Assembly: GCA_003971905.1 (NCBI GenBank)
Contig: RSEE01000004.1
Coordinates: 682,001 to 746,000, forward strand
DNA length: 64,000 bases
From: Moniliella sp. 'wahieum'
Lineage: Eukaryota
Reading direction: 5' to 3'
The notes under the pieces are model-generated. The model was given only the letters and a program-made list of their open reading frames with translations. It had not been told where the DNA came from and searched no databases. The translations under genes were made by a program, and so were the position numbers. This document shows, piece after piece, positions 39,101 through 51,983 of the stretch (within the stretch, counting starts at the first letter, position 1; every line of letters starts with the position of its first letter).

Positions 39101-39424
39101 GCGCAGATCCATCCGTCGTGGTACGGCCGGTTGGAATTGCAGTTGGACGGGACGGCCGAAGCGTTGCACGACTTGATTGTCCGGTGTGCTGGCCCATGGG
39201 TGGGCGGGGAGGAAACCAAACGGTTGTTGCAAGCTGTTCTCAATCCCCACTCGACCGTGGCCGATCGTGCGTTGCCGCCGCTTCGCATGCCGCCCGTGCC
39301 CAAGGGCAAGCAAGCCAGCGCCTACGCGTACGCGTTCCCCTTCCACATCCTCCGCTCCCGGTCCAAACCGGCCACGTCGTGCTCCAGCCCGTCACCGTCG
39401 CCACCCGCCGCGCACTGCCGCTAG
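36134..39424 (+). CDS. Uncharacterised protein: Pro/Ser-rich N-terminus, F-box-like motif, globular C-terminal domain; frameshifted
   Basis: Continuous protein-like segments PDV..LVHYLDVDDLVALGATCRSIR, LILHRFLGPVGYETW, GDVVWDVALGAERNEGKFIYDG, WVDAMSFPLSWYQGVLR..PIIFLDVLPF, HILRSRSKP.HVVLQPV; probable intron ~38696-38790. Confidence 0.65.
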
Positions 39425-40625
39425 CCGCTAGCCCTCGCCGGATTGGTTGGTCCGGTCATCCAGCCCCAACCTCCTCCTCCATTTTCCACCCTCTATCCTC
39501 CATCCTCTATCCTCCATCCTCTACCCTCCATTCCCGATCCTTCACCGTGCCCCCAATGCCGCTGGAAACTAACCTTGCCCCCCCTCACACCGCCCTTCTT
39601 TACTCGCTCCACTTGGCGACCCGTACCCCCCTTGCCTTCCCTTACTTTACGTTACCTTCTCTTACCGTACGTTACCTTCGCGTGGTTGGTGACCCACCCC
39701 AGGACCCACCCCAGGACCCAGCCAGGACATGCCCACGGCCCACGACCCCCTCGCACTTGCACGTGTGCACGCTCAGGCTTGACCGCATGCGTCGATGCAC
39801 TTGTCCCGGTCCTGTGTGCCTACCGTACCGTGCCCCGTGCCCCATGCCCCGGCGTCGGGCAGCCGGTGCTGGTAATGTTATTCGTTGATGGTAGATGGAT
39901 GGTAGATGGTAGATGGTTGGTGTTTAGTTTGGTCGGTTGGATGGGTGGGTGGGCGCGTAGCTCTTGGGGCACGGCGCCGTGTCGTCACGTGTCACATGTC
40001 ATTATTTTTTCGCGTCATTCGTCATTTGCGACGCCACTTTCGTCCGCCTGGACTTGGGGACACTGCAGCCCAGGGGCAGGTAAGATACGCGTACGCCTTG
40101 CCGCTTTCCTCTTTGGGTTTGGCCGTGCGGCTCCTCGGCATCGTACGCTCCTTGAAACGGCGGTGGGTGCATTGATGGAAATGGCTCCGCTACAGCAAAT
40201 GGCACTGTTACCTAATCCTCATGGCGCCTGCTGCGGTGCTGTTTGCTTGAACGCTGGAACGTTGGATTGGGCGCTGGGGGATGTGGCGGACGAGCGCCGA
40301 CGGATGCGAGGGGCGGGCAGGGTGTGCGGGTAGGGTTGGGCGTCGATCGTCGATCGAGAGGCTGTGCTGCGCAGGCGGATGCTGCGTGGCTGCACGGAGA
40401 GAGGCGGAGGGTGATGCTGCGGGCGGTGGGTGACGCGGGTTGGATGCGTCAGCGGCGCAGTGGGCGTCCAGCTGAACTCAGCGTAGGCAGCTCAGCGCAG
40501 CTCAGCTGGTCCCCACCACCTAACCACCGCCGCTGGGCATCCATCCGTCGTCCGAAACCCACCCGCCCACACCACACCCACACCCACCCGCAGCCTCCCC
40601 TCCCTCCCCCCGACCACCACCCGCC

Positions 40626-43600
40626 ATGGCTGCGGTCCACCCCGACAGCGACGCCATCCTGGCCACCAACCGCCGCCTGCGCTCCCACTCCTCCGCCTCC
40701 CCCCGCCCCGCCCTCGCCTCCGCCTCCGCCCCCCCGCACCCACACCCACATCCACCCCCCGCGCAGCCCTGTATGCATCCAACCCACGCGCCAGCACCAG
40801 CCTCCCGCGCTTCCCCCCGCCGCCCTGTCGCCGCCCCCGCCCCCGCCCCCTCCCAGCCTCAGCCACTCGAGCGACAGCCTCGGCGCCAAGTTCAAATCCA
40901 TCCTCCGCCGCCGGCCCACCCGCACCACCTCCCATCCCTCCCGCCCCACCTCTCGCGCACGCCCCCCGCCGGCTCCGCTTCCCGTTCCAGCGCTCCTTCA
41001 CGCCCACTGCGTCCCGTGCCGCGTCAACCCCCGCCGGAGCCCCCGGACCCAGTCCAGCCGCTCCAGCCGACCGTGGAGCGGCACTGCGGGGCCCACCCTC
41101 GCTTCCCCTCCCGTCCTTGCTCCGCCTGCTTCGCCAGCACCCTTGCTACCGCACGGCGCCTCGCCCGTCATGACCTTTCCTGAGTTGAGCCATTGAATTT
41201 GGCATGCCGGCGCACCTGCTGCACACACCGGACGCACCTGCCTCGGAGCGAGAGCAGATGTGGTCGCTTCTCCTCTTGCTGCGAGTCCCTTGACCGAGGT
41301 GCCACCATCGGAACACGCCGCTCTTGCGCCGCTGGATCACCTCGCCGAGCCACGCGCGACGTTCTCCTCGCCCCCTGCTCTGTCACACGCCCAGCAGCTG
41401 GCGCACGAGCAAACGCAAGAGCCAAATCAAGAGCAGACGCATGAGCAAAGCAAGAGCCAAAACAAGAGCAAGAGCAAAAGCAAGAACAAGAACAAGAGCA
41501 AGAGCAAGAACAGGAGCACAAGCAGAGAAACAAGAGCAAAGGCAAGGGCAAAAGCAGGAGCACGGGCAGGAGCACGCGCAGGAGCACGCAAATGGCCCCG
41601 AGGCAGCGAACGTGGCCCCGACCGAGACCGTGCCCGAACCGCATGCATCCGAGGCAGGCAGGTCATGGCTACCTACCTCTGAAGTTGGAGCTCTGGGCGA
41701 CACCGCGCCGGAATCCGACCGGAGCCCTTTGCCTCCCCAGCCAGAATTTGCGCTCAATGGAACTTCTACCCCAGACTTGGTTTCCTCCGAACCAGAGCCG
41801 ACGCCCATTTCGGACGCGCCGCATTCGTCTGGACAGGGGGGGTCGCAATTGAACTACGGCCCTTAACCGACACATTGGTCATGTTTGGGCCAACTGCAAC
41901 GACAGTGCGTTACTCGCTCGGTGGTCACATTGTCCTTCGGCTTCCACACGCCCCCCCGAGACCGAGGAGGTGACACCACAGCTTCCTACTCCAACCCATC
42001 ATCCCCCACTACAGCTCCCCTCCTCTTGCTCCGTCCCAAACAGCCGAGCCGGCCAAACCTCCAGGCAAGTATCTCCACATCCAGTCGATTCGTGTCTCCT
42101 TCCTCGGGGTATTCGTGCTACTATGACTTGGTCGGCCGCTTTGGTGGTCTGAAACTGGCAGACAACACGAGGAGTTGCTTCCGTCGCCCTGGCGGTAGCG
42201 TTGCCCAACGCCGAGGCCAACGAAGCTGAGGCAATCCGGCCTCGCATCGAAATTGAGTTCGATCTGTCGGTACCCGGGGCTTTGCCCCAGAGCTACCGCA
42301 CGGCGTTTGGAGCAACGTTTACACCCTCGACGCTGTCGTCCAGTACGCATTTTCCAATCGCTCGCTCGGTCCGCCGCCTCCCAAGTTTGTCCAGACGACC
42401 TCGGCTCGTCTATCCAACTTGCCCGATCAGCTCCCTGCTTCCCGTTCATCTTTGGTCTCAGGAACCGGCTCTGCGACAGGCGATCGCTCCTGCTCCCCAT
42501 TCGCTCAGGATCTCCCCACGTGAGCCAGACCCAGGCCACGCATACGCAGGCATCTTCTATTGCGACGCCCATCATCCCCCGTCTCCCGCACGAATCCTCT
42601 TCTCACGACCTACGTGCCTCCTTGCCACCTACGGCGATGTCGGGCGGCCAAATGGCACTTCCTCTTGGGCTGCTAGTGGCTCCCGGTCCCATCTCGGATT
42701 GGGGGTGGAGGAACCAAAAGAAGGCGCATCGCCTAGCAAGGGAAAAAAGCCCGCCAGCTGGCTCTCGCGTCTCGGACGACGCAAATCAGTTTTCCCGTCC
42801 CCGGGCCTCGGCTCGCCCGACCCATCGTCCTCAGGAGCGATGGCTGCTGCATCGCAATCGCACCACCGCTTGCCCTTTACCCACCAACGGAAGGGAGCGA
42901 CCCGCTTCCCGACGTTTCCATTCCCTCCGCGCCTGGCCGTATGGGCAACGTGGCGCCGGCCCATGGCTCTGTTTCCGATCTTCTTTCGGGCAGGGAGAGT
43001 GCTTTGGGCGGTACAGCCGGGTCGGCTACTTCGCATTCGGTCCGAACCCGCCCGTCAGCTCATGCATTCCTCCCGTCTCCGCCCCGTTGATGATGATGTA
43101 CCTCTCAGCCACGTGGTGGCATCCGGTAGTCGCCGGGGCCGATCGCTTCTGGCTCCCTGGACATCCCTGTGGCCACCGAGACTTCCCGCCCGCCTCCGCT
43201 CCCTCATTCGCCTCCCGCAGGCAGTGGCGTTTTGACGAATGGAACGGTGGACTTCCATCTGCAGGCCTGGTCCCGCTTGCACTGGGTACAGTGGTGCGAT
43301 CCCATGCTTGCACCCAGATCATCCTTGTTCGTCGCTCGCGGGAAATTTTGCCTGTCCCGGTGGCCCGCTTGGCTCATGCAGACATTGGCGCGATCCCAAT
43401 GGACCCGCCGCCGCAGGCGCCCGGACAGGTCGCCGAGGGGGAGACAGAAGAGCCCGTGGTCCGGACCGAATCGCCCCTCCCTCCTTTGCCTCCTGAGGAA
43501 GAGGAAGCGAGAGAAGAACGGCAGGAAGCTAGCCGGGACACGCCCCATACCCCGCTTAGGGAAGAAGGCGCGGATCCTACGACCGCGCCCGTTGTGTCGC

Positions 43601-46526
43601 CCGCCACGCCCATCACGCCGGGCACAGGGTTCCTCACGCCTACTCATCTCCTTCCCCTGCCAAGCTCGCCGCAGGAGGCTGGGTTTGTGACGCCCACCAC
43701 GTCTCCCCTGACGGCTACCAACGAGATCCCTCCTCCTGCTGTTCCCGAACCCGTTCCTGACGACTCGGACGATGATGTCCCTCTCGCGCAACTTCCCAAC
43801 CAAACCCCGTCCCATCCTCCGACGCAGACCACATCGTCCCCCGAAACACAACCACCTGCCCCGTCCGTATCTGCTGGGAGCTTAGGTGCGCTGCTGAACC
43901 AACCTGTGCCGAGCACGGATAAACAACGCGAGTCATTCTCGGCCGGGGCGAGGCGGCGGGCACGTCGTCCCGGCCCGCTGGACCGGTTACGGAGACGAAC
44001 CGCAGTGGTGGCTTGCACTCAGCTCGTTCGGCCGGGGCAGCAGGACTGGGCCCCTCTTCCTCTTCTCCCGATGGAGTGCCCATGCGGCACTTTTGCACCG
44101 TCCCGTGCTCAAGCCACCGCAGGAAGTGTTGGACCCGACGGCCATCGACCCGGCCACGGGACTTGCGCCATCCCACGGGCCTCCAGCATCGTTGCCATTC
44201 ATGCTTACCGTATCCGTTCCAACCCACGTCAATACCTACAAGCCAGCCCGGCCGGGCGAGGCCCAGGACGCGGCCCGTGCCAACCCGTTGCAGTTCATTG
44301 TTCAGGTGGACGTCAATCGGCAGCAACGCGCTTCGGATGTGTGGCGCATGGCCCGCGCCGAGGAGGACTGCGGCTACGAAGGATGGACATTACCTGTGCT
44401 CAATCTGAGCGGCATACGTGTGTATCTTTACCCCCTCCCCCCCTCCTACTGTCTTTGTTTTGTTTTTTGGCTAGTGGTTCCAAGTACTGACCAAGCTGGG
44501 TTTGTGCAGCAACCTGCCCTCGCGCACGTTTTGCTTCAACTTCCACTCCCGCCGCAATCGGACATGACCGTGGCGGACATGCCGATGGACGAGTTGGCTC
44601 GCGCCCAGGCCGAAGCTGAGCTTCACCATTCTCGCGCGAGTGGTCCCACGCTGTACGACCAGCTGCTCCACAAGGGCTTTTCGAGCGAAGTGGTGACGCG
44701 TGTGGTGCCGAACAGAGTCCGGGACCAACCAACGCCGGCTGCAAGAAAACGCCAACATTACCCGTTCCTTTGTCGTCGGTCCTCCTACCACGACGCGCTC
44801 GGACGATCGTCGTCGTCGGACCGAACCTACGCCTACTGCGACCGGATCGAAACACCCGCCACCTGTGCCTGCCAAAGACCGCTCCGCCAGCATGCCCTTA
44901 CCAGCCGCGATGTCGAACGGGCCTGGTGCGTCGTCCAGTTCGGCCACAGCAGGTGCCGCCGCGGCCTTGGGCGCGCCACGGTCCGCATTACTTACTTCGC
45001 CACCACCGGTACTGCCTTTGCTGGATGTACCGGTTGCGCCTGCTGGCACCGGTGCCGAGCCTGCCGAACGACCGCACCGTCGCAGCACACTGTTTGGGAC
45101 CAACTTTGGTCGTCGTCGCTCACCCCCGCGCACTCGCGCCGGGGCGAGTCGACGCCCTTGGCCGTACCGCTCCGCTCTGGTGGCGATGCTTCTTCCACCG
45201 CCGCGGGCGGATGGAGGGGGGCGCGTCGCCCGTCGTTCGCGACCCAAGAGCATGTGGAACCGGTTGAACCCACTGCATGCTTCTTCCTTTGCTTCTACCG
45301 AGGAGGAAGCTGGTGGGTCGGGGAGTGGGACGGGGTCCAGCGCGCCGAGCTGGTCGGACGCGCGTACGGGATCTGGGTCGGGATCTGGGTCGGGATCCGG
45401 GTCGGGGCTTGGGTCTGGCGCTGCCTCCGGCTCGGGGGGTGGGATCCAAGTCGCCTGCCAAGCCGAGTGGGCGCTCTCGTGCGCGCGAGCCGCCTCGGGC
45501 GATTTACCTGTTTGGCGGGAGAACGGGCATGGGGTGGACGTTGCGCGGGGCCGAATGCGGATGGGGATCAGTTTGCCATTGATTGCGTCGCGCGAGTCGG
45601 TGCATGAGGCAGACAACTTGGCCATGGCCCGACGAATCAACCCGCAAGCCACCGAGCCGGACATTGTCGCGCCCTTGCTGATGGCCGACTTTGAAGCCCG
45701 TTTGCCCGCGTGCGACACAAGTTGTCGGTCAAACTCGTATTGGCTTCCCGCCCACCACCAAGGCCGGCCTGGCCTCGGCTGAATGGAGCCAATCCCTCGT
45801 CGTCCGTGCCCATCAGGTTACCGACCCCTTACCCACTGCGCTGCGCAAACACTTTGAACCGCCGTTGCTTCCCCACCACCTCTCTCCCCCGCGCCCAGCG
45901 GGGGCGGGCACGACGCGCCGAGCCCGACACGAATGCTCATGCCTCCGCGGACGCCGATGGCGACGCAGGCGCTGGTGCGCCGCTGATACTGACGCCGACA
46001 CTGACGCTGCGCTGGCACGCCCTGGGTACCATCTTGCCCGCGTACACCCAGCTGTTCCGAGAAGACGGTTCGCGCCTTGCTGACGAAGGGAAGATTTACC
46101 GCGCTACCCGGCCCGCCTGGTGCCGCGCCGACGGTCTCGGTGCCGGCTCGTGCGGTTGCGTGCGGGCCGGCGGCGCGGGTTGGCGCGGGAGCGTGTGGCG
46201 CGTGGGTTGCCTCTGCGTGCGCAGGAGGACGATGCGGAGGACCAAGGCGGCTTGGCAGTCGGTTCCACGATGCGCTGGACGAGGACGAAGGGCACTTGCT
46301 CGACGAGCGCGTGGACGTGGAACAAGATTTGATGGACGAAGCTGACAATGTCGAACGCGCACGCGATCGCGAAGATCATGAACTTGGTTGCCCGATTTGG
46401 CGGAAGAGGTGGCCAGGTCCCACCGCTTCCGCCGGCTGGTACGCCTCGCTCTTGCCCGCCCTCGACTCGCCCTCGGTACGGTCTGCCGCCTCGGCCTGGT
46501 CTAGCCTTGCCTTGCCTTTTGCCTAG
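40626..46526 (+). CDS. Large low-complexity Pro/Ser-rich protein of unknown function (may be more than one gene)
   Basis: Chain of long overlapping + strand ORFs with coding-like composition, (EQ)n and (SG)n repeats, ordered islands (NPLQFIVQVDVNR..GWTLPVLNLSG; LTLRWHALGTILPAYTQLF); probable intron ~44418-44509. Confidence 0.5.
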
Positions 46527-47764
46527 CCTCCGCCTGCATCCCCTCCCCTCCCCTCCCCTCTCTACATCGTTCTTTCTTCTGTTTCAAAAACACCGTCCCT
46601 TTGATTTTATCCCTGTACATGTTCTGCTCCGGTCTTGCTTGGGTGGCGTGGGCTGCCCATTTCCCTTCCCCTTCCCCTTTGCATGGCCGGAGACGCCGGG
46701 AGCGAGTGGGGGCCACAGTGGGGACGCAGCTTGTCCAGCACGTGCCACCGTCTTCCGCGTATAGTTGTGTTCGTTGCCGTTGCCATTGCCGTTGCCGTTA
46801 CCGTTGGGCTGGAAGCTTCATCCGTCTGTCAAGGTGGGACGCGTTGTGTCTGTGTGGAGGGGGGCAGGGGGGCTACGTACCTAAAGGAAGAGCAGAGGCT
46901 TCACGCTTCACGCTTCAAGCAGCCCAGACTGCCATATCATGATGGGGTTTGCCTATGACGTATGAAGAACGCCGACAGACAGAAACAAACGCGGTCCCTG
47001 ATGGGCACAAGATATTCAAGCTGTAGCGAGCGATAGCTCAAAAGATGGCAGGACGGGCACTCAGTACTCAAGGTAGTTATGAAGTGTGCTTAGTCTCTCT
47101 CGGGTACAATGAGTGTTGGGACCCGCGGTCCCGTACTTAGGCCAAGGCGCCTTATCGATTATCACCCTTTGCCCCTTTATTTGACCTCCCAAGCCTCCCC
47201 GTGTATACTCAGGCTTGTACAAACGTTGAACCCCGGTCTCCTCTAGGTGTGGCATAAAGCTTAGACCTTAACCACCACCATCGCCATTGCATGGCTCTTG
47301 ATCACCAGAGGTTCATCACCCAACCCCTTGGGTTCTTCCGGTCTTACAATGAGGCCTAGGAGGCCCCAAGGCGTGGCAACGCAAGGCACATTTGCAACCA
47401 ACTGCCAGTATCTGGGTGCCTGTGCCCTGCTTGGACTGCCATCGTGATCACTGATTATCGATTACCGATTCTGTCCAACCGCGAAACGGGGAAGAGAAAG
47501 ATGAGCTGAGCCGAAGTACTACGACAGTGGCTATGAGTGCGCGGTTGGCTACGCTGAAGACGGTCCCTTGCGCCCTATTGGGCGCTTTGGGCCTAGGAAC
47601 TCCAATGCTTCATTGTCTCGTGTTTCCTTGGTCCAAAGAGAGGCAAGGTGGTGGAACCTGGCTGCTTCCTATGGTGCTTTGATGGTGGAGTAAACAGCCC
47701 CGAGGGTAGCGCTTTCCGACGAGGTCCCCACGACTATTACCTTGCTGTTCTGGAGGTATGTAAG

Positions 47765-47862
47765 GCTTCAATGGGTTAGTGGTTATACACATCGTTGCCA
47801 AGCACGGCGCTAGTCTCCGTCTAAGACATCGATGTGACAGGGGTTCGATTCCCCTTGAAGCA
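47765..47862 (+). tRNA. tRNA-Gly(GCC) with a ~28-nt intron (47801-47828)
   Basis: Acceptor GCTTCAA/TTGAAGC+A, A-box TGGGTTAGTGG, anticodon stem CATCG/CGATG with TT-GCC-A, T-arm GGGG-TTCGATT-CCCC, followed by an oligo-T run; D stem imperfect and T arm appears one base short. Confidence 0.85.
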
Positions 47863-47863
47863 C

Positions 47864-47874
47864 TTTTTTTATTT
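47864..47874 (+). terminator. RNA polymerase III oligo-T terminator
   Basis: T7 run immediately after the tRNA discriminator. Confidence 0.8.
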
Positions 47875-48356
47875 CGTTCTTTTCTTGGGTCGAGTTAGCC
47901 ATCTATACTGCAACCATATCATTGACAGCGCTTATGGCTGAAACAAAGAAACGCTGCGCCTAGCCTGACTCTTTCATCCGGGTGTGTTGCTTGGTAGCGC
48001 CAGCCCGTTTAATGAACAGGGGAATCGCCAGGAGATCGGGACCGTCTGGTGCCCGCCATCCCTTCCGATTCCCTTCCGATGCCATTTCCGAAGTACCCCA
48101 CAAAATGCATAATTCTCCCGTCAAAAGCCACGGGTGGCTGTGTAGCGACTAGGAACGTGTGCGGGATGGCCCGATGGCGAAAGCAAGCGGGTGCCTTACA
48201 ACTTACCGGGATGAAGCACTGAGGGTGGTTAGGGTTACCGGTCCCCGCCGCCCCGACTATTGCCGACGACGGAGAAGCCTTCGGTTTCCAGCCCGCCCAG
48301 GCAGCCCTCACCCCACCTCCACCGCTTTGTGCGTCGCACCTTGGACGATTGAGACG

Positions 48357-49393
48357 ATGGCTGGCGTGCACGCATATGCGCATCTCCTCCCGCCTGCCTG
48401 GAAAGGCGTGATTGCCGACTGGCTCAAGGAGGATTGCCCTTCGTTTGACTGGGGTGGCTATGTGGTGGGAGAGGAGGTGGACGGCGACCTTGTACCAAAA
48501 GGCTGCTGGTGTGGTGGCGGGCGTTCCATTTTTTGATGAGGTGTTCCATCAGGTCGGGTGCACGGTCGAATGGAAGACGCACGACGGCGCGTTCAATTCC
48601 CCCCAAGGCAAGATGGCCGTTGCCCGCGTCACAGGACCGGTTCGCAAATCCTCTTGGGCGAACGGGTGGCCCTGAACACGCTTGCACGTTGTGTCGGGCA
48701 TTGCTACCGCGTAGGTTTCCCCTCTTTTTTTTTGCCTCTTCTGCCCCCCACACACACACAGTTACTCGTGAGCTGACTGTGACTGTGTGATTCTTGTTCT
48801 GGGCGTTAGGTCGGCCAACTTGGACGCCGCTCGGTCCAGTGGGTTCAACGGCATCATTGCCGGTACGCGCAAGACACGCCCGGGTTCCGCTTGGTAGAAA
48901 AATACGGCATGTTGGTGGGTGGAGTGGATGCACATCGGTACGACTGAGCAGCATGGTGATGCTCAAAGACAACCACATTGTGGCTGCTGGTTCGGTCCCG
49001 GCCGCTGTGGCGGCCGCCCGGGGTGGCTGGGTTTAGTGTGCGGATTGATGTGGAGGTGCAAAACGAAAAGGAGGCCGAGGAGGCGATTGCGGCCGGTGCC
49101 GACGTGATCATGCTGGACAACCTCGATGGTCCCGACTTGGGCGCCACGGCCAAACGGTTGCGTACCCAGTTTGGCCGGGAGGATGTCAACGGCATGCATT
49201 GCCCCCAGCTGGGTGCCAGCTCGCTTCCTGCCAAGCAACCGTTCCTCCTCGAGTCCTCCGGTGGCATCACGCTGGCCAACCTGGAATCCGGAGGTCACTT
49301 GGACAATCGATTGACATTGTTAGCACCAGTGCCATCCACCAGTCCACCAAGCACATTGACTTTTCGCTCAAGGTGGACCCTACCCCCCCGTAA
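48357..49393 (+). CDS. BNA6: Nicotinate-nucleotide pyrophosphorylase (quinolinate phosphoribosyltransferase)
   Basis: WLKEDCPSFDWGGYVVG, ILLGERVALNTLAR, IAGTRKT, EKYGMLVGG, LSSMVMLKDNHI, GADVIMLDN, HIDFSLK; intron 48711-48809. Confidence 0.96.
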
Positions 49394-49986
49394 CCCCCAA
49401 GCAAACAATATCGCGCAGGTGAAAATGCATTGAACCTTTTTGGCTTGGCCTTCTTTGGATCCTGGGCAAAACGGACTTGACTCGCATAGTAGAAATTCAA
49501 ACGAGAGAGGGTGGAAGCAACGATCCGCTGGAAAGAAAAAGAGCCATGCCGAGAAAAGAAACCTAAGCCCTAATTAGGCCTTAAGCCCAGTGGAGTGGCG
49601 ACTTCGGCCCTCGGTATTGCGTTGCATATGAGGTCAATCCTGCTGGTTTCCAAAGCCATAACGGCACATCTTTTGTTCCCGAATCTCCTATTGAGCTCTC
49701 CCTATGGTGCGTCGTCTCCCGGCGATGACAGCAGTACCAAGGGTGGGGCAAAAGATATTAGTATCGAATGCCCTCCCGAGCAGGGAGGTAGGGAGGCGAG
49801 AGCAGACTAAATGGGCAGGTACGTCAGAGGAGGAGAGGAGATATGGAATATGCAGAGAGAATGCATGGCGGGCCTGAGAGTAGGTTGGAGGAAGGGAGGG
49901 AAAAGATCCCAAAGCAATGATTGCATCCTTCCCTCCAAGCGGAGAACATGGGGCAATCAAAGTGGGGTTTATTCCGATCCCAGTGT

Positions 49987-50865
49987 TTACTGCTTGAGAG
50001 TCACGCCGTTGGCCTTGGCAGCCACAGGCTTGGGAGCGGTCTTCTTGTACGTCTTGCGGTAAAAGGCGATGAAGAGAACGAGGTAAGAAGACAGGATCCC
50101 GCACCCGGCCCATGCCGCCTGGGGGGCACCGCTGCAGAAACCAAGGTTGGGCAGGATGGAGTCAAAGTACTTGTTGGCGTAAAAGGTGTAGGTGCAACCG
50201 TAGACAAAGAATAGGTCGATAAAGAATTGGGCGATTTGCGACACGGTTACCGCCTTCTTCCAGGGGCAAGGGATGCGGAGGGTAAGAGGGCATAGTAGGT
50301 GTACATGAGAACGTGCACAGTCAGGTTCAGAGCAATCACAATCCACGACACACTCGTCTTGCCCATCAGCTGGCTCCAGCACAGCGCGGCGGTTGCGGCG
50401 TGGTGGTAACATGGAGGAACTGGAGCGGTTTCTTCTTGAGCACGAGGAACACCGTGTCGGCCAGCTCCCAGTACTTGAAGTAGTAATTGACGATGTAGTA
50501 CGTCTCCAAGTGGGCGGTCCAGGCCTTGGGGAGCAGACGGCGTAAAACAGGCCACCGCGGCGGTAGATGGGCAGAACCTCCTCGAGGATAAGAGCCAGCA
50601 AAGGCCGCTACCGAGGTGAGGAGGATGTTGTGAATGAGGAAGATGGCCTTGAAGATGGGGCCCTTGCCAGCGGCGGGGCGGGAGCGCATCAGGGCCTGGA
50701 TACCAAAGATGGTGCTGAGATAGAGCACGGCAGCGGTCACCACCGAAGCGACGGACGAGATGGGGGTCTCGTTGGGCGTCCACTCGATCAGCGAGAGAGG
50801 CGCCTGGGCGCGCACGCTGCCGGGATGGCGGCTACAACCGCATCGTAGATGGGTGTCGAGGGCAT
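49987..50865 (-). CDS. Fatty acid elongase (GNS1/SUR4/ELO family)
   Basis: [77 protein letters not shown]. Confidence 0.95.
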
Positions 50866-51983
50866 GGGCAGGAGGAGTAAGGATGGGGGGGGGGGGGTGG
50901 GGGGCAAACGAAGGGCGAGAAGGCGTAACGAAAGGTGGAGTTGGGAGTGGGTGGACGGGAAGAAGAATGTGGCAGGCCTGCGGGGGACAGCAGGGCGTAG
51001 GGACGAGGGACAAGGGCCCAGCTGCGCGTGTACTGCCCCCGCGCACCGAGCGCAAGGCGTATGGATCTTGAATGGCGCCCTGCCCATCCGCCTGGGCTAC
51101 CCTGACAGCGTGGAGTGCCTGGGGCCGCCCGAGGCGCCACACTGGCCCTGCCAGGCATCTCGGGGTGCTCGGCGATCGGGCATCGCGTGGCGCAGGGGCT
51201 GTGTATTGGATGTGCGCCCTCGTGCGCCCAGTAGCCCCGTGCGCTTCTGCCTCGGACGGCTGAGCGCGCGCTGCTGGGCCGCAGCGCCTGCACGCACTGA
51301 GCGTTGCGTTGAACTCAGCTGCGGTGATCGATGATCTTAGTGCCATAGCGCGGCAGCAAGATGCCCCCGCTGCCTGCTAGCCCTGCCTAACCGGCCTAAC
51401 CCTAGCTCCATCCAGACGGCCTGGGTCAAATTCACATGTCAAAAGGCACATTGATTTAACATTGCAACGGGAGGAAGGCAACACCCGCCCATCGCACTCG
51501 TGTCGGCGTGTCTGCTCGCATCCATCCTCTGGCCGTCCTAGCCTCACCAGTACCTTGATGGGCCCTACACCGGTACTCGGTACCCCATCCCTCCCCTTCC
51601 GGCCGTCCATTGGTCCTTTCGGATGCGCAGCCGAGGATATCCAGCGCACCCGCCCCCTCGCATCGACAGCTTCCGACAGGCTGTAGCTGATTCCAATGCT
51701 GCCGTTGCAGGCCCTTGCCAGGTCGTGACACGTGACACGCGCAGCCCTCCTGCCGCGGCTGGGCAGTGTCCCTCCCAACAGTTTGTCCAGCCCCAATCCC
51801 AATTGAGCCGCCTGTGTTTAAATCCTCTCGCTTATACGCCCCCCAGCACCCGACCCAGCCCGCCGACTCCTCCAACCAAAGTGTTGGGGCCCGCCCGCAC
51901 GGCCCAGCCGCTCCGATGCACCCCATCCCCCCCTCTCTGGCCTGACAACCCTCGTCTTTGCTCCCACCACCACCCCGCCCGTC

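Noticed and set aside
46960..47760. LTR or transposon remnant next to the tRNA
   Set aside because: Lower GC but no terminal repeats, target-site duplication or transposase/RT motifs seen
48228..48237. Telomerase RNA template (TAACCCTAAC on the - strand)
   Set aside because: Sits ~120 bp upstream of BNA6 with a tRNA close by and no visible pseudoknot; a promoter telo-box is more parsimonious
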